Positions 18,280 to 21,512 of a stretch of 21,512 nucleotides of DNA are shown here, piece after piece. This DNA is from a virus (lineage: Duplodnaviria; Heunggongvirae; Uroviricota; Caudoviricetes): the IMG/VR virus record IMGVR_UViG_2778261296_000007; one strand, given 5' to 3'. Made by a program: the position numbers and the translations under genes. Below the pieces are notes generated by a model. It was not told where the DNA came from, ran no database searches, and worked only from the letters and a program-made list of their open reading frames with translations. Position 1 is the first letter of the stretch. Each line of letters opens with the position of its first letter.

Positions 18280-18500
18280 GCCGTTCTCCGGTAATGTTTG
18301 TTTTTTGCTTCAAAGACTGACTGGCAGGAAACACAACGCGTGGCTGACGGATAAGCTGCACGACGGGCAGCAGGTATTGGCGCGTCACACTCTTCGCAAA
18401 CCAGCGCAGAAGCACCGCAATGTTTTACCCTTGCCGCGTTAATCTGGCGCTCCAGTAATTCAGCCTGTTGTTCCTGAATAAAATCTACGTTGTCCGGCAT
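18276..18500 (-). CDS. TraR/DksA-family C4 zinc-finger protein (P2 orf82 position)
   Basis: 74-aa ORF with CEEC-x17-CVSC cysteine pairs (…LVCEECDAPIPAARRAAYPSATRCVSCQ…), typical of phage TraR/DksA-like zinc-finger proteins. Confidence 0.7.
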   Translation of the reverse strand: MPDNVDFIQEQQAELLERQINAARVKHCGASALVCEECDAPIPAARRAAYPSATRCVSCQSVFEAKNKHYRRTA

Positions 18501-18805
18501 TACCAGTTCCTTTTGTCGTTAAGTTTCCTGAATACATCAGCGCAATAACTGGCAAGTTCTGTCGTTAATTTTGTCAGTTCATCCACGGAGGAAATTTGCT
18601 TGTGGAATACAGCGCGTTTAACAAGTAAATTGACCACATCAGACAGGAGGTTTAATTCATTCTGATAAATCGCGATAACAGATTCAGTTATGTCGCGTTT
18701 TTCTTTATCAAGACAAAGTTGAATAAGAGACAAATCACCATTTTCCATAACGGCGATTTTTAAGGCGTTATTCAGTAATACAACTGAATGAAAACAGGAC
18801 ATCAA
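18500..18805 (-). CDS. Small early-operon protein (P2 orf81 position), unknown function
   Basis: 101-aa ORF, translationally coupled to its neighbours in the cox-B-A operon. AT-richer than its surroundings. Confidence 0.6.
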   Translation of the reverse strand: MMSCFHSVVLLNNALKIAVMENGDLSLIQLCLDKEKRDITESVIAIYQNELNLLSDVVNLLVKRAVFHKQISSVDELTKLTTELASYCADVFRKLNDKRNW

Positions 18806-19026
18806 AGCACCTCCCCGCGAGACAATCCGATATTGTGAAATTTTTCCGACTCCTGACTGAGCAGCTCGACTATCTCCACGCGGGATAACTCCGCCTTTGT
18901 TATGTGGCGAATCATGGCGTCAAGATGAGAAGAAAAACGCGTCGCAGCGTCGGCCTGTGCTTCGGTTCTGGCCTGTTGCAGCAGTAATGCGTATTTACCG
19001 CACTGATTTTCAGAAACTGTATGCAT
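18802..19026 (-). CDS. Small early-operon protein (P2 orf80 position), unknown function
   Basis: 74-aa ORF between B and the orf81-like gene, same strand, overlapping stop/start. Confidence 0.6.
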   Translation of the reverse strand: MHTVSENQCGKYALLLQQARTEAQADAATRFSSHLDAMIRHITKAELSRVEIVELLSQESEKFHNIGLSRGEVL

Positions 19027-19089
19027 GACTTTCTCCAGGCAAAAAGAAGCCCCGCACGATTAAGTGCGTTAAAAACTCTGGTTAATTAT

Positions 19090-19590
19090 TTAATGCAAAT
19101 ATTGCTCTGGTTTTACCGACGTCAGAATTGTCGGTGCATACTCAAACAGACTGAATAGTTCACGTAATGCACGGAATAAAGCATCACGCCAGTAACATGA
19201 CTCTTCATTAATTCGCCAGTATGGCTGATTGAATTCTTTTTCAGTCAATCCGGCATGCATAAATAAAGTACGACGCTGACTGACTGTTAAAAAACTAATA
19301 TATGCATACTCACTTGCGCCAACCTGACGGCGTTTTGAGAATGCCCCACGCAATTCATCAATTGCACAAACCAGCCGTTCACGTTCGACGTCGTTCATTT
19401 CTTCAAAACGCATCGTTGCGTGACGTTGTTTTAACTGCGCATGAAAGCAAACTGTTAGCCGTTCGCGCTCCATCATCTGATTATAATAATCACATGTATC
19501 CTGCCAGCGAGGGACGGCAAGATGCTTACCAATTATCCGGCGCATAGCTGCTGGCTGTTTTTCGACGAGATTGAGCGTCATCACTGTCAT
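19090..19590 (-). CDS. B: Replication protein B (helicase-loader-like)
   Basis: 166-aa ORF (MTVMTLNLVEKQPAAMRRIIGKHLAVPRWQDT...), matching recalled P2 gpB length, in the cox-B-A operon. Confidence 0.85.
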   Translation of the reverse strand: MTVMTLNLVEKQPAAMRRIIGKHLAVPRWQDTCDYYNQMMERERLTVCFHAQLKQRHATMRFEEMNDVERERLVCAIDELRGAFSKRRQVGASEYAYISFLTVSQRRTLFMHAGLTEKEFNQPYWRINEESCYWRDALFRALRELFSLFEYAPTILTSVKPEQYLH

Positions 19591-19784
19591 TTCCAGACCC
19601 TCCGGCTTTTCAGAAAGGTCAGAGCCTTTTTTAACGGACTCTGTTTTTTGGTGCGGATAATGATTCCCTTGCGACCCTTCCCGTGGGTGATGGTGAAGTC
19701 AATCGCCCTGGGGCTTTCGTTACGCAATAACTGAGCAATACAACGCGGCTCATTCATAATCACAACCCCATCCACAAAAGCCAT
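19587..19784 (-). CDS. Small protein between cox and B (P2 orf78 position)
   Basis: 65-aa ORF whose stop overlaps the B start (ATGA). Its 5' end overlaps the cox 3' end by 25 nt, so the true start may be the internal Met at 19757. Confidence 0.5.
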   Translation of the reverse strand: MAFVDGVVIMNEPRCIAQLLRNESPRAIDFTITHGKGRKGIIIRTKKQSPLKKALTFLKSRRVWK

Positions 19785-20047
19785 GCATCACGCTGTTCAA
19801 CCGGTCGGTTATAAAACGCCTCACGTACAGCGCGATTAAACTCAGGAATGAAAACCCATTTTTCACCGGCACGAGCCTTCGGTTTGCAAGGATCACGCAA
19901 TTCAATAATTGGTAATTTATTTGCCTTCACCATTTCACTGACGGCTGTCTTTGGCTTCCCTAATAAATCAGCAAATTTATCCACATGAACCGCATCAAGC
20001 GGATACTGAATCACATAATTTTCAGCGTCCATATATGGTACCCTCAT
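19760..20047 (-). CDS. cox: Cox (excisionase / repressor of Pc)
   Basis: 95-aa ORF (…MDAENYVIQYPLDAVHVDKFADLLGKPKTAVSEMVKANKLPIIELRDP…), the first gene of the leftward early operon opposite C. Start could be the second Met at 20032. Confidence 0.8.
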   Translation of the reverse strand: MRVPYMDAENYVIQYPLDAVHVDKFADLLGKPKTAVSEMVKANKLPIIELRDPCKPKARAGEKWVFIPEFNRAVREAFYNRPVEQRDAWLLWMGL

Positions 20048-20168
20048 AGGATCCAGCCCTTTCTAAACCACTCAAAACCGTTTAGACGCTGGTTTATTCT
20101 CAAATCAATGGAACCTATATAGGTTCCAGTTTTGAGGGAATTTAGTCCCTATATAGGCACCATGTCAA
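20048..20168. promoter_or_regulatory. Pe/Pc divergent promoter-operator region (lysis-lysogeny switch)
   Basis: 121-bp interval between divergent cox and C. Contains palindrome GGAACCTATATAGGTTCC (20110..20127), a second CCTATATAGG copy (20148..20157) and an inverted repeat TCTAAAC-N11-GTTTAGA (20062..20086). Confidence 0.6.
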
Positions 20169-20462
20169 ATGAAATTAAGCGAAAAGATTAAGGCCTTGCG
20201 TGAGGCTGAAGGGCTAAGCCAATCAAAATTCTGTGAAATCATAGAGTTACCGCTAAGCACACTTAAAAAATATGAAGGAGGAAACTTTGAACCCGGTGGC
20301 ACAGCTTTGCTAAAAATCACTATGCATCCCACATTCCAAAAATATGCTCTATGGCTTATGACAGATAAAACCGCGCCGGACGCAGGACAAATCGCACCGG
20401 CTCTCGCGCACATTGGGCCAGAGTCAACAGAGTCCAACCACTCCGCGAAAAGGATTGGCTAA
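20169..20462 (+). CDS. C: Immunity repressor C
   Basis: 97-aa ORF with an N-terminal HTH-like segment (LSQSKFCEIIELPLSTLKKYEGG) and a C-terminal block (…QIAPALAHIGPE…) close to what I recall of P2 C. Located between the switch region and int. Confidence 0.85.
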   Translation: MKLSEKIKALREAEGLSQSKFCEIIELPLSTLKKYEGGNFEPGGTALLKITMHPTFQKYALWLMTDKTAPDAGQIAPALAHIGPESTESNHSAKRIG

Positions 20463-20501
20463 CTCTATATAAAGATTACATTTTCACCATTTGCTACCAA
20501 G

Positions 20502-21512
20502 ATGGTGAATACAGCGCCGGAGGGCTTTCTTATGGCAATTAAGAAGCTCGATGATGGTCGCTATGAAGTGGACATTAGACCTCGCGGTCGCGACGGAAAA
20601 CGCATCCGCAGGAAATTCGAAAGAAAAGCTGAAGCACTAGCATTTGAGCGATACACAATCGCCAATGCCAGTCAGAAAGAATGGGGAGGCCAGCGAGCAG
20701 ACCGCCGGACTTTGAGTGAGTTGCTGGACATCTGGTGGAAATATCACGGGCAAAACCACGAGCATGGAACAAAAGAGTTTAATCATCTACTCAAAACCAT
20801 CAGCGGCATAGGTGATATACCAGTGAGCAGGATGAGCAAAAGGGCTTTGATGGATTATCGTTCCATGCGACTACGTGATGGTATCAGTGCCGCAACGATA
20901 AACCGTGACATGTACCGATTATCCGGCATGTTCACAAAATTAATTCAATTGGATGAATTCTCCGGGCAACACCCAATTCACGGACTGCCGCCACTGGCGG
21001 AGGCCAACCCTGAAATGACGTTCCTGGAAAAAGCAGAAATCGAAAAACTGTTAAATGTTTTGGCTGGTGATGACTTACTTGTCGCGCTTTTATGTCTGAG
21101 CACTGGAGGAAGATGGACGGAAGTTGCCACGCTAAAACCAGCACAGATTACAAATTGCAGGGTTACCTTCCTGAAAACCAAAAACGGTAAAAAGCGAACC
21201 GTGCCGATTTCTGAGGAACTGGAGAAAAAAGTTAAAGAGGAGGCCAGCGCCAAATTATTCAAAGTTGATTATGAGAAATTTTGCGGGATTTTACGCAGAG
21301 TGAAACCTGATATACCACCCAATCAGGCAACCCACATCCTGCGGCATACATTCGCAAGCCATTTCATGATGAATGGGGGCAATATAATCGCACTGCAACA
21401 GATTCTGGGACATGCGAGCATTCAGCAGACGATGGCCTATGCGCACCTTGCGCCTGACTATCTGCAAAATGCCGTCGCTCTGAATCCACTAAAAGGCGGA
21501 GTGACGTTATAA
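20502..21512 (+). CDS. int: Tyrosine integrase
   Basis: ORF ends exactly at the window end (TAA 21510-21512). The likely true start is MAIKKLDDGRYEVDIRP at 20532, preceded by GGAGGG. C-terminal catalytic region …HILRHTFASHFMMNGGNIIALQQILGHASIQQTMAYAHL… carries the R/H-x-x-R/H…Y signature. Confidence 0.9.
   Translation: MVNTAPEGFLMAIKKLDDGRYEVDIRPRGRDGKRIRRKFERKAEALAFERYTIANASQKEWGGQRADRRTLSELLDIWWKYHGQNHEHGTKEFNHLLKTISGIGDIPVSRMSKRALMDYRSMRLRDGISAATINRDMYRLSGMFTKLIQLDEFSGQHPIHGLPPLAEANPEMTFLEKAEIEKLLNVLAGDDLLVALLCLSTGGRWTEVATLKPAQITNCRVTFLKTKNGKKRTVPISEELEKKVKEEASAKLFKVDYEKFCGILRRVKPDIPPNQATHILRHTFASHFMMNGGNIIALQQILGHASIQQTMAYAHLAPDYLQNAVALNPLKGGVTL

Larger units (their letters stand above)
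1..21512. mobile_element. P2-like prophage segment, from tail fibre gene H through integrase; both ends run off or abut the window edge
   Basis: Gene order and translated products match the P2 map (H-I-J-W-V-S-R-lysCBA-K-Y-X-L-M-N-O / P-Q / cos / cargo / A..B-cox / C-int) with compact, often overlapping start/stop junctions. Confidence 0.9.

Overview
This window is a nearly contiguous segment of a P2-like (Peduovirus-type) temperate phage, almost certainly an integrated prophage in an enterobacterial genome, shown reverse-complemented relative to the usual P2 map. Minus strand 1..9660 carries the tail, lysis and head module in P2 order (H partial, I, J, W, V, S, R, lysC nested in lysB, lysA, K, Y, X, L, M, N, O). 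Across a divergent late-promoter region, terminase P and portal Q run on the plus strand (9834..12640), followed by an intrinsic terminator and a 19-mer matching the P2 cohesive end (cos). Between cos and replication gene A lies an AT-rich cargo island (about 12890..15810) with a single 827-aa ORF (13012..15495, +) that has SF2 helicase motifs and a C-terminal PD-(D/E)xK nuclease signature. This position corresponds to the P2 tin/old anti-phage hotspot, so the ORF is a candidate single-gene defence protein and the main item of interest. The rest is the early region on the minus strand (A, four small ORFs, B, a small ORF, cox), the Pe/Pc switch region, then repressor C and integrase on the plus strand, with the window ending at the int stop codon. 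All calls rest on reading the translations and sequence; no database search was run, and P2 protein lengths and sequences are from memory.
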